DNA of 64,000 bases, taken from assembly GCA_000934665.2 (NCBI GenBank), contig JYFJ02001519.1:1-64000 (forward strand). The letters run 5' to 3'. The notes below the pieces were generated by a model. It was not told where the DNA came from. It saw nothing but the letters and a program-made list of their open reading frames with translations, and did not search any database. Below are positions 24,301 through 39,300 of this stretch, in pieces. The translations under genes and the position numbers were made by a program. The DNA comes from Catajapyx aquilonaris (taxonomy: Eukaryota). Every line of letters begins with the position of its first letter. Within the stretch, counting starts at the first letter, position 1.

Positions 24301-27300
24301 GGTTATTCTCATATATACTTCGCCTAGACTTTCAGCTATGCACTAATGATAACAAACGAGCAGGGATTTCTCTCAGTTGCGTGTATATGCTTCCACCCTG
24401 GAATGTTGCGCTTGGCAGACTTATTTGATTTACCTGGTATTGAATTACTTCCATACACTGTCCGTAATCCGTCTTGTTCTGCCATTCTCCGCTGGCGAAG
24501 CACGTCCGGAAAGCATATACTGAAAATAGAAACGAAATAATATTATTTATTATATACTGCTTATCTATTATTTTATTTTTATTAGTTTAAATAAAGAGGA
24601 GCTTCCAAAAATGAAATGGGAAAAATTTGCATGCACTGATGATGCTTTCGCATTACTTTTGGATGGCCTTGCTGCGTATTTACATCAGAGTTTCCCATCT
24701 GGCATAATTGGGTTGTAAAGTCTGTCCTTTACGATATAACCTTCTACGATCCGGGCCTGATTCTTCCTATATGCGCCTGTTGTACGCGCTCAGACCCACC
24801 CGTTACAGTATAATCAGATTCTCACCTCCGCAGCCACCTTTCCTGGCAACACAAGCAGGTGTTGTGAATTTAAAATGGTGTTTTTAAAGCATTAAATTGG
24901 GTCAACATTTCTTCCTCCCGACATAGTTTGAAAGTTGTAGGGTGTCCCAGTGGCGTGCATGCAATGAACATTGGATTTTGCCAGCGGAGTCGCGTATCAC
25001 TTTACACCACCGCCACTCGGGCACATTTACGCCGCAAATATTCCTAGGTCTATTCTGCATGGTTTCCGGGGCACGAAGAGGGAGAGGGGAGATTAGAGAG
25101 GCTCATCTTTATCCGGAGTTCACCCTGAAATCAATTAGTCCGTATTATGTGGAACAAAGAGGCTGGAGGAGTCCGTGGAGCCCCAGGAAGGCCCCTGGAT
25201 GCTGCCAAGGCGACCATTGTAATCTGGACTAAGGAAAATAATAATAATAAAAAATAGGAGGGACGGTGGATTTCACACTCTTTTTGTTCATATCCAACAA
25301 ATCGCATATTTTGCGAAAATATGGAAATGTATACTGCACGTGCCGATTTGTAATAATTTATTACTTGGCGTGACTTTGCCATGTATCAAACTGACTAGTT
25401 TAGCGTCTGTTATATAAATAATCAAAACTGGCGGACAACCGCATTTATTTAGCATGCAGTGCAGCGGTACTTTTGTACAGTACCAGACTACCAGTGCTTT
25501 GCGTATGTAAGTTAATATTATCGTAATTAGAGCCCTAGGAGTCCCAAAGTAAAATCAAATTATTTACGCAACCTCATTACTTGATATCTGCTAACAGGTG
25601 ACATTAATGCAACATGATTTTTTTTCGTATTTGAGCCATAACTAGAACCTGCACAAGACATGATCGTATAGGAATAATATATTCATTTAACATATTGAAT
25701 ATATTGCGAAAGTAGGATAACGCCAGGTATAAATAGAAAAAAATCACATGAGTTTATATGGTAATATGGTTTGCATGTAATTGATTTACATTTAGAAACG
25801 AAAAAATGGTAGCACGCGCCATTTACGATATTACAGTATACTGGAGCTTTTCTTTACGCTCTGAGAGTTGTATAAACACGATTTGGAGGGAATGTAAATG
25901 GCCTCAGAGGTGGTTGCTGTGTGTATAATCTGCATGGCTCAGGTGGAATTAAATATAGATGAAAATTGACTAAGCGTCTAAGTGACTTGCATTGTTCCTT
26001 CCTCTTGAATTCCATTTCCGATAGTGCGGAAAACGTGACAGATTTATTAAAATTACTTCCGCAAAGGCTTAGGTTCTAATCTTGGGCCGCTAAAATATTC
26101 ATGTCAAATCGCACGGGTTTGAATTTTGAAAGCTACGCCATGTACCAGTGATCAATAAGAAACACCCAGAAGCCAACTTAAAAAATTACAGTATCTACAT
26201 GAGAACGTGCGGTCACAAACAACGTGCCTTACTTTTAAAAATTTCCACACCCTCGAGAGGAGGTTTAACCAGGCAAAAACAAATCCAAACCCAAAATTCA
26301 TGAAAGGCACTTAATATTCCCCAGAACCATATAAGATCTTACAGTACAAATTTGATTGTCGAGTACAGTATGTATATGCCTTTCATTTTTCCAGCCTTAA
26401 AGAGGGTTTTTCTACTCCAGTGATGATGGGGTCTTTCGAGGAGAACAACAATGGTTGTTGGCATTACCATATATTACGAGACTGAAGCGGAACGCCCTTT
26501 ATATGTAACGGAAGGCCGTGAAGCATAATGCGATTGTCTAGAAATGCGGCTGCCAGTCTTCACGACTTTCATTGTTGGAAAGTTCGAAGAAGATATCTGG
26601 CATGTCACAGATTTGTTAAGTACGCATTAAAAGTGCCATTAGCTGATTGGTAATTAATTTTTGGCACTCGCCTAATTTATTGAAACACTGTACATAATTT
26701 GTTAATTATTATTGTTCAAGAACTTCAAGTCACAGCACTTTTTGCATGTGCTTAGGAATAGGATGCTTTATTGTTACGATTTTAATCCTCATCATACTTA
26801 GGCTTTTCCCGTTTCCAAGCTTTGACGTCTCTTGGTCTCTCAAGCGTGAGTTTCAAAGTATGTAGGCACTTGTGTTAAAAGCGTATTGAAAATCTGTACG
26901 GCCTGGAACGCACTTGATAAGACCTCATGAAAGTGACAACCATGCGAGAGATTCCAAAAGCTCTTGTTTTGTTTGTAGGGGGATGGATGGGTATGGGGTT
27001 GGTATTCTAGAAATTTGCAGCGGCGAACAAATGAATTTAGCAAATGCAAAACAAACCCTCCATTGAAAAGCAGGCTAATATCATTTGCGCGTGTTGAAGG
27101 ACGCTTGTATTGCTATTGAATTCGGGAAGCCACAGGTTTTGAGTTGAATGCTGAGCAGATTTTTTTTTTTTACCTCTCTGTGAATGGGGGACTGGGTAAA
27201 GTTTATGGGATGTAGCCAAGTTCGTGGGTTCGATTTTACTCGGCTTTTATAAAAAGGGGGCTATAATAGCTCTTTAATGACGATGATGGAAGGTCTGCTA

Positions 27301-30300
27301 ATTGCTCAATTAGGCATAATGAATTTTAACACTGGGCGAAATTGAGTTTCTGGAAATTGCGTAACGAATTGAACACATTATTCATTTAAGCACCTTAGGG
27401 GGGCTTTTCAACGCGTTCATAAAGCTGTAAATAATCGATAGGCTCGAAGGTAGATTGCATAATAAGGTCACGATGTGTGTGCATAATGTAAGACTTTGCA
27501 GAACTGTTTAGGAAGATCTATTTCTTATTGCGTTAATAACATAGTGTTCCAACATGAGTAGCCCAGGTTATGGGAAATTTGATTTTAAACTTATTTAGCT
27601 TTTGTTAATCTATAAAATTAAAATAATTCTTCATTGTATGATTGAGGCTTCTGGTTGGCCTCTGTATATTGTTTGCGCGACCGTTCTCCACCTGCGCAAT
27701 GGGAGGAGGCAGCGCCTCTGGTGGATTGAAGGAGGAACTAGTAATATTTTTAATTAATTGCATTAATCTACTACCGCAACTTCAACCGGTAAATGGTTGG
27801 AAACGAGTGTTTTTTTATTATCAGTATACACCAGGGTGCAAAGCCCCAAACCGAATCGATGGCCACATTACGCAACTTAACCTCCTACTCCTCCTGCAAA
27901 TGACAGCTCATCAACGCCTTATTTCCGGCCCCAAGAATAAAACGTCACTTGAGTGACATTTCACTTTCTCACCGACTCTTGAAAGCTAATCAGTCTTCAA
28001 TGGGGGGGGGGGGNGGGGGGAAACGAAATCGCCGAACTTAGCCACTCAACCCTGCACAATGGCATGCGGCGGCTGGTGCTATATATTGTCCCCATAAAGG
28101 AATATCGTACCTTCACGATCCTCGGCTTTGGTCTCCTTGGGGCATGGCAATTTGACAGTCAGACCTGCCAGGGTTGCAGGCCAGCACGCCAGATTGTCCC
28201 ATGACACGTTGCAGTAGACACCTGTAACAAAAGGTGGAAAATCATGCATTTGTTTGGCACGTGGACTTCAAAAGATATAATTATATTGTAAGAAATGCGG
28301 AGGGTGCTTGATTTATGCCTGCATTTTGGGGAAAGAGAGCTGTAAAATGGCAGATTTCGACAGAAGCAGGCAGGACCTGGGGGCTGTATACTATTTCCAA
28401 AGAGAATTCTCACTTTTGTTCTCTTCTTTCTAGGGTAAGTCCACGGGGGGAATTGGAAACTGAAAGGCTCTAATTAAATGATCCCGTCTTTTCTTCTTCC
28501 CTCGGTCCCTATCATGCTCATTATCGGTAGTACAATGGCAAAAAGCCTGCGTTTTTAAATAGGTAAACTTATTTGCGGTTTTGGAAATAGTTGGTAAAAC
28601 TTTTTCGCTTCTAAAATCTCCAGGGACTCTTCATACTGTGCGAAAAATAATGCTTATGAATGGTTAATTTTTGCGTAAATGTCATTTTGACTGTGCAGTT
28701 AATCGCATAATTATTGTTATCAGTTTATCTCTAATTCCAGAGTTTTGTAGGAATTGTGGTTTTAACATGAACTTTTAGCTGACACTTGTGGCGTTGATGT
28801 CGAACAGCAGGTGGGCCTTTGTGTTGTGGACATGCACTATTTAATTTGCGGGAAAATACCTCCACTACAATTGGATTATGAGGCATTATCGAGGCATATT
28901 AATATAGAAGAGGCATGTAGAACTAATAATGCTTGTCAATCAATGTGCGCATATATTTTCACCATTATTCCGCTAATAGTCTGCCCTAATATTTTGCTTA
29001 CAGTGAACGCTCCTTGTCACATTTCTACTTTGATCACATCCTAATTTTAACCTATCCATGATAATGATTACGTTAGCACGCCGCATGTGGTGACACGTTT
29101 GACTTAATAAATGACCGTTCAATTATCCTGTCGGTATAAGTAGGCATTTGTGCAGTCATGATGCTGGTTGAATAATGACTGGGACTTGCCTGATATCTGT
29201 CATAAGCTGCCTGTTTTTCATGGGAGGGGTGGGAACGACTGCCACTGGTTACACTTTTTATTATTCGATTCATATGGTCGTTAAAACTGTTGAATAAACA
29301 GCGGTCTACATTATTCACATAAACTGGCCTGGTTCAACACGTTAAACACATTTCAGCGCCGCACACAACCAGCTTGCTTCGCCTTGTTTTGACGGAGATA
29401 TGACCAATATAACAGACCCAGGGAGCTAACTCCAACTACAAGTGGAGCCATTATTCCCGTCGTTATGGTATACAAAAAAGGGGAAACAACGCTCTTTTGA
29501 AATGTGCGGACTAGAGGTGATTTCGTGTGTGTGTCAACACGATATAGCCCGCAGGAATATCCGACATCGCCTTACAATAGAAAGTCTTCATAGTATAGGC
29601 CTACTTATGTAAGCATTTGATCAGCACAATTTAAACCCCTTACGGAATTATGTTTTTTTTTTTAAATTGATTTGTCAAGTAAATTTTCTGGCTTTTAATC
29701 AATTCTGTTATCGGAATTAAACGTCTCTGACAGTTTCATGTCATAGCACAATATTATGGCACCTATAATTATAATTATACAGTGTAAGCACAACAACAAC
29801 AATAACAACAACAACAACAATAATAATAATAATAATTATTATTATTATAATCGCACTAATAATAACAACAATAATAGCACTAATAATAACAACAATAATA
29901 GCACTAATAATAACAACAATAATATCACTAATAATAACAGCAGTAAATAATAGGAATCATAATAATTTTTATTGCAATTACATAAGCATAAATACAGATC
30001 TCATTATGTGTTGGTGGTGAGGTGAGGTATGTTTCTGGCTGGGAAGTCTGAACATCATGCTCTGTATGATACCAATAGTTGCATTAGATCAGGTCATATA
30101 GGTATGTGGACGTGCATTGCACCTAAACCTTTGATTGCAAAATAATGTTATTAGATTCGGTTCTGCTATAGTTTGCAACTAAATGTGTGTCCAGCATTGT
30201 GGGAGTTGTTTTACTTCGAAATTGTTATCCAATAGTCATCAAGTAATCATTAAGTTTATGCCATTTTGTTGACATTACTAGTAACAGACCAGCAGTGAAT

Positions 30301-33300
30301 AGTGATTTTGTGATTAAAGAGCCGGAATAGTTTTTGATAGTTCCAGATTCGTATATGCTCGTTATACCAGCTTAGCGTAAAACAATTTGGAAACTTGTCC
30401 ACCTGTTTTGTACGCGATACTACATGGCATTCTGGCATAAATTATCAGCGGTATTTGGTGGAATTACGTACTGATGCAAAAATTAATTGTTAATTGTAAA
30501 TTCAATTGCAGCCACTTATACCGTGAGTTGCTTCAGTAGTTATCGAGAGGTTGCCAAAATTTACTGGCAATTAATTGCGGGGAACTTTGTTAATTGAACA
30601 ATGCATAAGTTTGAGCTTTGAAATTTTCACATCCCTGGTTTGCTTGCTGGTGGCGGTGAATAATCAATCCTTCCCCAGAAGCAGCTCGTAATTGCTCTTC
30701 GATGGACCTGCGTTTATTACGCCAACGCTCTCAGAGTGCTTCCTAACAGGAAAATTCTGTTATGCAGGATGACAAGTAAAGCTCCAGCGGAACTCTGATT
30801 CAATGTATTATCCTACCATCTAGTTCGTCGCAGGATAGAAAAAAAATGACGTAATTAAAGAGAAACGTCCCTTTTTATTATCGTCCGACGTTTTTGCTAG
30901 GACAAATAAGTACAGTCGTTTCACGCTCTATTTATTTCACGGGATCGGCTGAGCAATTTAAGGCGACAACGCATATTTTGGAGTCTGGCTGGACTCGAAA
31001 AAGTTTCAGTTTTGTATGCAAATGTCTGCTTCTGGCAACATAATCGGAAAAGTTTCATATTATTCGGCGTAATTTCGTCGGTTACGGAAAAATCTCTCCA
31101 GTGCTGTGGCGAAATCTGCCCGTTTCATCTTCTGACTCTCATGGGAATTTTCTTTGTCTCGTTTCCCCTTTGATGAATTCAATAACATTTTCCGTACGCT
31201 TACCCACCGTCTGAAAGCAATATTACCCCCTAGAATACGATCGCTGTTTTTATTACGTGCTCCACATTGAAAGAAAGAAAAGATAGTTCTCAAGCATGTC
31301 ATGGTTAATTAGTAAGGGAACAGTTTATTCCATTTTGCTGAAAAAAAATCATTTTGTTCGTGCTGACGCCAGAATAGAAAAAAGCGGAATCCTAGAGACT
31401 TTGAAAGCCATTTAGACGTGGGGAAAATGAGGATTGAGAGCGAATAGACGTCATTGGAGGCAATTTCGCGTCTCTGGGAAAATCGTTAGCCATCTCGACT
31501 AAATGGTTACTTATGTAGCAGCATGGGAGACGCGTTTGTCCTATGATTGTGCTGGCCAGTATGCCAGTCGCGGTGATGAAAATATACTTGTACAATACGA
31601 GCAGACAATGTGAATTCACTCTAAACTGCTACACTGCACTGAAACATGCATTCGTAGTGCTGGCTAATAAGCAACTCTCAAGGCTCTGTTACTGGATGTG
31701 TCTTAAATAAGTTGCACGAACAAACTCTGTAAGCACACTTTGTCCAATCTGCAAGATACTTCCTACTGATATTATGTCATGTGGAATTAAACAAGTTTGA
31801 ACTAAACTTCTACATGGCGAAGATTTCTACACAGATGCATCTTGGATACTTGGCGATGCTTTACGCTATACGAGTTTGAAGTTATCTAGAGGAATCGGAT
31901 GGCTATTAACGTTTATGGGAGTCGTTCTCTCGTGAAAGATATGGGATGAATCTGAGTTGATTCAGATGTTATTGGAATACGCCTTGCTCCTGATATTAAA
32001 TTTCAAGGAATATCTCATGTACTCCAGATATACCACACAAACCATTTTCCGCAGTAATTAATTCGAAATTTCAAATGGTGCTTAAGGTGGATATGAAGCT
32101 AAGGTTCACATTTTGACATCGTCTTGAAATTCACAGGGTTTATAGAGTAAGAAGCCCTCCTCCCAATGGTGGAAAAAAATCACCCCTAACCGGGAAAATA
32201 AGCTCGCAAAATGGCTCAGAATGTGCCGACTGTCCATAAGCTCCCATGTTAAATTAAAATTTTAATTTAAAGCATCTTCACAATTTGACAGTTTGAAAGT
32301 AATATATGTGAAATGTGAAGAATAATATAGTAATTACAAAGAACGCAAAAAAAACATATCAAACCGAATGATTTAAATTGTTATCGTGGAAAAAAGAAAA
32401 ATGGTGCGACGCTAGCCTGAGGCACGGGAGAAGTGGCAACATGGCAGTCTTCCTACGAAATGGCGCGCAGTGTCCGAATTTGAAATATGTGATCACACCA
32501 AGGTTCTTAGATAAAACTACACTGTAATAAATAAAATAAAAATTACAATTAGATGTTAAAACCAATCTCATGTTATCTAAGGACCCTGTCACAACTTTTC
32601 ATGATCGCTCGATGCCTGAGAGATTTACAGTGTGAATATACATACAGGTTTACTGTGTATGTGGTACCTCACCTAATCTGACTGTGTCGTCCTCCCTCGG
32701 AGACCCTCCTACCCCCACAACCTCCACAGGAGCACGACAAGGGCGTCGCTAAGAGCACAAATGTACATATTTCAACCTAGCCAGAAAATGTCGAGCACCG
32801 TGCACTTGGAACGCGCCATCTTGGGGCGAGAGCGGCGTTGCCACTTTTATGTCCCAACTGGTTACCAACTTACCGTAAATTAAAGCCTATACTTATCCCC
32901 TTCCCTTTCCGAAGATAATGTGTATAATGTAATGGATGTAACACGACATTGTAGAGCCTCGTAACTGTCACCCACTACCGTCGCCTTTGATCCTAAATAT
33001 GCTGCCTATGGCAAACTAAAAATTCAGGTGTGTGCATTCCAGTAGGTTGGCAATGTGTTGCAAGTGAATTACTCGTAGGTTTTGCCCTGTAACAAATCGA
33101 GTTTACGGTGGATTTTAAAATGGAATGCATATTATTCCTCAGCATCCACTACTGCATTAGATGCATATGTTTTCCCGAATTTAACTGCTTTAATTAACGT
33201 TTTTGTTCTAGACACTGAATTGACTAGGGAGGTAGCTTCATATCCACCTTAACTGCTACCAGTTTGTACCGGCAGATATCCCTGTAAACATTTTACGGGT

Positions 33301-36300
33301 GGAAGAAGTTTATAAGGATGTGCTTGGTTCATGTGAAGTTCTTCAATTACAATATGATCCTTTGAAATAAAATTTACAGGAGCTCGTTTCGAAATGTGTG
33401 CGCACAAAGAACCAGCAGTTAATGAAACTTTCCGGTGAACTCCATAATCCCATCCTTTTACATGAACTACTTGGTCTTTTATCAAAAGGTCAGAAGTTGA
33501 AGTTTATTATCGTGTGTGAAAAGCATGCCTTGGCAGTTGACCATCTATTGAACTTGGCCTTGTTACCAGCTGACAGACATAGAAATCGATGCCCTCGGCT
33601 ACCGACCGCATGTCCATTACCTTTTTCACACACATCTGAACATATTCGGACTGACCGCTCGTCCTGTAAATCTCATATGTGACACGACCTATGTCCACTT
33701 GGGACTCGCTTCTAAGTAATCACAAAAGACACCTTGGTATTTCCCCAAGAAGTTTGCCTGAATCGACTGTAATGCAGACTTACGCAGACAACATTCGAAG
33801 GAAGCGGCATCTGCCTACGATCAATGTCATAATTTTATAGGACTCTCTAGCACCCGAGCGTTTTAGCCAGAAGTAATCTGCACTCTGTTAGAAATTCCAA
33901 ACTTTTGCAAGTGACAGGTGCAGGAATTAGAATAGGGATTCCCACCTAGGATCGAAAATTCTGGAAGGTCCTGTACAGAGAAGTGTATAGTCGACTCTTG
34001 GTCGAAGTGTGGTCTATCCCATAAAGGCGAAAATGTCGTGACTTTTTTTTTTTTTTAGAACGAGGAGTTTTGGAGGAGTTCCTTTTGAAGCAGCTCTTTT
34101 GTCGTCTGCTCCTTCCTAGTGATGAACAGAATTTTCAGAGTTGTCTGAATTAGAGTATGGACGCAGTGGGGCGGTCATAATGGGAGGTAGAGCTGCGGTC
34201 CCAGCAGAATGAGGACGCTTGTGGTGCCTCCAATCGAGCCCCATTTATCAAGCGAATTCGTAAATTACAGCTAAGGATGCGGGGTGTTCACTTAGCATTG
34301 GGGAGCACATTAATGGCCTGCGTTTTATTTCGGAACCTGTAAGCATTGGAGGATTTGCGCTGTTGATTCCACAAGAGGTATTGTCCAAGTTGAAAGAATT
34401 TCTATAGGGTGAAGTGGGGGAAGTGCACATATTGTGCCGCCATCTTGGAATGAAAATAGCTGACGACACCAAAACGCGTCAGCTATGTAGCTGCACAGTG
34501 CAGCTACATAGCTGACGCGTTTTGGTGTCGTCAGCCATTTTCATTCCAAGATGGCGGCACAATATGTGCACTTACCCCGGGTGTGCACTTCCCCCACTTC
34601 ACCCTAATACTATATTTCTATATTGTTGGACCTCACTGGTCATTACTCGCAGGCCCTTGAGTTTCTGACAGTCGTAATAATGTTTGATACCGCCCTTGAT
34701 GTGTTGGCATGTAATTTACCTGAGTCGAGGGAGCATTTTGGCCGATGCAATACCTTTTATACGAAGTTGTTTTCTGACATGTCGGTGTAAAGTTCCAGGT
34801 GTTTCTCTATATTTTCGAGCCAGTCTCTCTCTAGCTTTACCACATGTTAAGAGTCAGGAATACAGTAGGCCTAATAGACACGCAGTACAGTCCATGAGTC
34901 GGGAGACATGAGAGCTTGTGGTTTGCGTATTCCTGGAATATAGTACTGGATAGTGCGGTATGCTTGTGCGACTCTAGGATTGTTATGAAGTATGACGATA
35001 AAGAGAATTTGTAAAATTCACAATATTTGAACATTTTGGAGAATCAAAATGCAAAATGTAATTCCTACATTATTGATTTAATTACGTGTTTTTTTAAGTT
35101 TCATAATATATTTAAGGGTGAACATAACTATACACGAACTAGTCTTGGTGCACGCTCAGAGTTAGCAGTCATAGCTCGTTGGCTAAAAATGCACTTTATC
35201 AAATGGCATGCCCTGCCTTTAGCTGACATGGTACTGAAAAAAACGCTCTTCTGAGAAATAAATACACATCATGACATCATTGGCAAGACTGTCACAACAT
35301 GCGACTCATTTTTCACATTTTTCGGAGCACTTATCATGCAGTACTGGTCATTCTTGCAACATTCTTGTCGTGTTTGGCCATAATCGCGCATCAGAGCTCT
35401 CTTGAGAATAAGACAATGTGCATTGCAATGTGCGCATAATGTGATAAGGCAGGCTCATTAACTAATCAAAGACAAATGGATTGAATAATACTGACAGGTC
35501 ATTAGCCCACTCTGCCGTTTGTCTCATCCAACAATGTTGGAGTTCAAGACAAACGCCATTGCCGAAGTGCCGCCTGCTTTAGGCTACACCTTATCTGAAA
35601 CGAGCGTTAACTGATGCTCCCCCGCCAAATTGGCGATGCAAACGCAAAAGTTCAAGGGCTATACCATTTGGTCGACGATATCCTCGGAGCCATCGAGACT
35701 GCTGCGACGTCCAATAAAAGCTAGTCCGTGACTCGACTCTTATCTATAAGACGGCGCTATTAAGTGCCGTTTGTTATTGAGACAGGACCAGCTTTTCGGC
35801 CCAATGCCAATACTTTCAAGGGGGATTGTTTTGGAAAAGTTTGGAGGCGTTCGCGTCGCACCCTGTAGTTTGCGGCCAAGTGTCCGACTTGTTGCTGCAT
35901 TAGTATTATTAACGATGTGCTTCCAGGCCTGGGCGCCAATCCAACTCAATTCGACACAATTGAGCTTGGCTCAATCCTGACTAACGAACGACTGTCGCCA
36001 TCTTGCACATCCTTCATTAATTCTGAGGGTCAAGGATTGCTAATTGCGAGCTACTCGGCAATTTCTGAGTGCTTGGAGGCGACTATGAAGTGTTGGAGAT
36101 TTCCTTTGCGATGTGGAGTCATGCTGCATTTGGGAGTTTTAGTTTGTGTGCTGTCGAGAGGTTTATTGTGTTGATCTAGGAGAAGTAGAACCTGCTGATT
36201 TAATCAGGGACTGTGGATACTGTAAGCCAATTTGATGGAGAAGGACGCTTTGTTTCCGTTAGGAATGGGTGCAGGTTGAGAGGACAAAGGTACAATGAGG

Positions 36301-39300
36301 GTTACGTCTAATGGGGGTACAATTAATGTGGTTAATGCGACTGCACGTGGGGACAATAGACGTGACATAACTAGAGAATAATCGGACGTTTTTGCCATAT
36401 TTTTAAAAATCTAGTAGTAGAATTGTAAACTTAAGATGCAATTTACGAGTGGCAAAGAAATAATGCGATGAGTAATCTTTTTCGCAATTCTTGTTTCTTC
36501 CAGTGACATGGAATATAAATCAGCGCTGGTAAGTCAAAACAATTCACTTCGATCTGCCTGTCGACTGTTTTTAATATGCTCTATAGAAAGTGGATGACAT
36601 GTTATTTGGAGTAGAAAGTGAAAGGATGACACATCGTAGGTTCTTCAAAGACTGCACAAACATGAGTTAAGCTCTTTGATAGTACCAGGCTTGATAAGTT
36701 AGTTCTGCGATTTACTATAATAGATGGTGCTTCAGTAGATACGGAGCAACGTATCTTAGTATTTTTTGCCACATTTTGAAGATTGACTTGCCAAAAATTT
36801 ATAATTGAAAAAGCAGCTAAGGAAGCGTGAAGAAGATTGAATATCCGTCTGGATTACTGTGACAGATTAATCGTCTGTTAGGTAAGGGTGATGATGGTAT
36901 CTTCTCACCAAAGCTTTGCAGCATCATCTACCCTGGTTGGTAGGAGAGATAAAACACAACCCTATCTAAAACTGACACGCGCCATTTACAAGCCTCAGCC
37001 CACAGCCAATTATTGACTCCCTTGAGAAAAGTGGGCACCCAACACGTTATGATTGTTGGTAAATGGCGAATATGCAAAATTAATAATTATCTTGCATTTT
37101 GTGTAATAGTTTATCTTAATGTGGATGATATGCATAACTAAAATATTCTAGATATTAATTGATAGCATATATTGACTGATAACTTCAATACAACGATTTC
37201 GTGCTTCTGGAATACTCATATGTCCTTCAGGTTCATCAAACTTTGTTCTTGTTTTGCGTGTTTTGGAGAAATTAATGTACGTGATATTACCAAATTTAAA
37301 AAATTATCTTTTGCTAAGGTTTTCCACACCATAACTGTATATGCCTGGAAATATCGTTATATTGGCACGTCTTTCTGTCCCTGCCAAATTTCGGGCCTAC
37401 AGTGTCGCATACCAGTCCCATCGATTATATAATCTCAATAAAACCGTTAGGCCTAACTCGGAATCAATAGTTAGCTTCTTCACATCCGGGACAAAAAAAG
37501 AACCACATCAGAGGATCCCATCCCTTGTGTGCATACAGCCGGGCACGGAGCTATCCACAAAAAAGGCCAGCACACTGACCCACTCGCTATTATCCGTCCG
37601 CATGTTAAAAGTCCTTTGCAGCAACCCAGCGTGCCAGCGACACTAATCCCGTTTGTAATCTCTTCAGCATGTGACTGAAACAGACGATCTTGTCAACCTT
37701 CACAGGGCTCTTCCGTGACAGACGCGGACTGCAAAATAAATGGAACTCGCCAGTGTTTTTTAAAAAATGTCCAGGTTTGGGGGTTCTCTGGGAGCAAGCA
37801 GCAGGGACACTCATTGTCGCATTCCCCGCCACATTACCATGAGTAATGGACACAGTGCGATGGGGTCAGTGGTGACACTAAACTTTGGAGTGGACGCTTT
37901 TGCAAGCATTGTGCACACATGCATGGGACCTGCCTTGATTGCTTCGCGTAGCTTCATTGCACTGTGCGAATCGCGATATTGCTGCGTTTATCGCAAGCGT
38001 ATGGAACAGGTCATGTTCAATTGAGCGAGTAACATTTTTTCCCGCTCAATTGCCTCAAACTGCTTATTTAATTTGTTGCTGCGGATATATTTCAAAAATG
38101 CGGATTTATGGTCCATGTGGTGCTGCTTATTTGGCATATGCATCATGTTGCGTGCTGCTAGCTGATAATGATAAGTTTCAGGCGAAGTCTTCTTGAACGA
38201 AGGTGGTTTTCGGAAGTAATTGGCCGTCGAGTGCTGATAACCATGTTTGTCATAATTTTTCAGCCATATTCACAGCGCATGGAAGGGAGCGGAGATTGAA
38301 CACGTAGCAGGGACACATATCGTTTCCTATTGCCTACGAACCTATCTTGCAACAATTCTGCTGGACGCGATGGATTTGCTGCATCCAATAGGAAGCAAGA
38401 TACCGCTTGTGATATAATGGAGCGTATATTGACATTATAAAGGCAGCGGGTGTAGTCTTCAAAAATCAGCTCAGATGTAATACATTGAATGAAATCATCT
38501 GATATAACAAAATATATAGTAGAATGTAATTGCTGAAATTAACCGTTTAGTCCTATATTTGTAGATAATAAAATGACACTTCAACTGCACCCCACTGTCT
38601 ACGCATACCATATACAGTAATTACTACATTGTAATTCCAGCTGAAAGTAATTTGCATACCCACATTATTAACATTGTTTCATATCAATCAGCATTCAGGT
38701 CACGTTAGCTAATAAAACCCCCATCTAATATAGGCTTTTGAAGTATTTGATTCTGGAATGCTTGCCAGAAGTCTTGATCTATAGTTACTCTTATGGGTTT
38801 TGAGCACACTGGTTTGAACCAAGGAGGCGAAATTGGGCCTTATAGGGAGAGTTGGGCGGAAATTTGTGCTTTCATCCGAAAGTGATGCGGCTCCACTGTG
38901 GAAGCCTCTTTTCCGTTTTAATCCCAAAACGGAACGGGGAGAACGGAGATAAAAATCTGCGACCTGCATTTCGGCTGCGGTTTTCCTTCAACTCCCGGAG
39001 ACTCCTGATTAGAACCACTGACTTTCTGCATCGGCACAAATTTTAACCGCCCCTTCAGAACATATATTCAGAGATAATTATAATGGGGGAGATGGTTTCG
39101 TGACTTTCATCCTAATGCATGAATGGAGGATGCACTGCCAAGAATGGATTTTTTTAAAATAAAAAAAGCATGTTATCGATTATAGTGTAGGAAGTCTGGC
39201 GATGAAGTGAGAGGAATTAAGTCGAGCGATTCGTTTGAAAGCTTTGAAAAGAAGAGGTGATTATCATCTAAGTTTGATGTAAAATGGGGAATATTAAACG

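Noticed and set aside
29756..29950. Poly-Asn ORF
   Set aside because: It is a translation of the AAC/AAT microsatellite.
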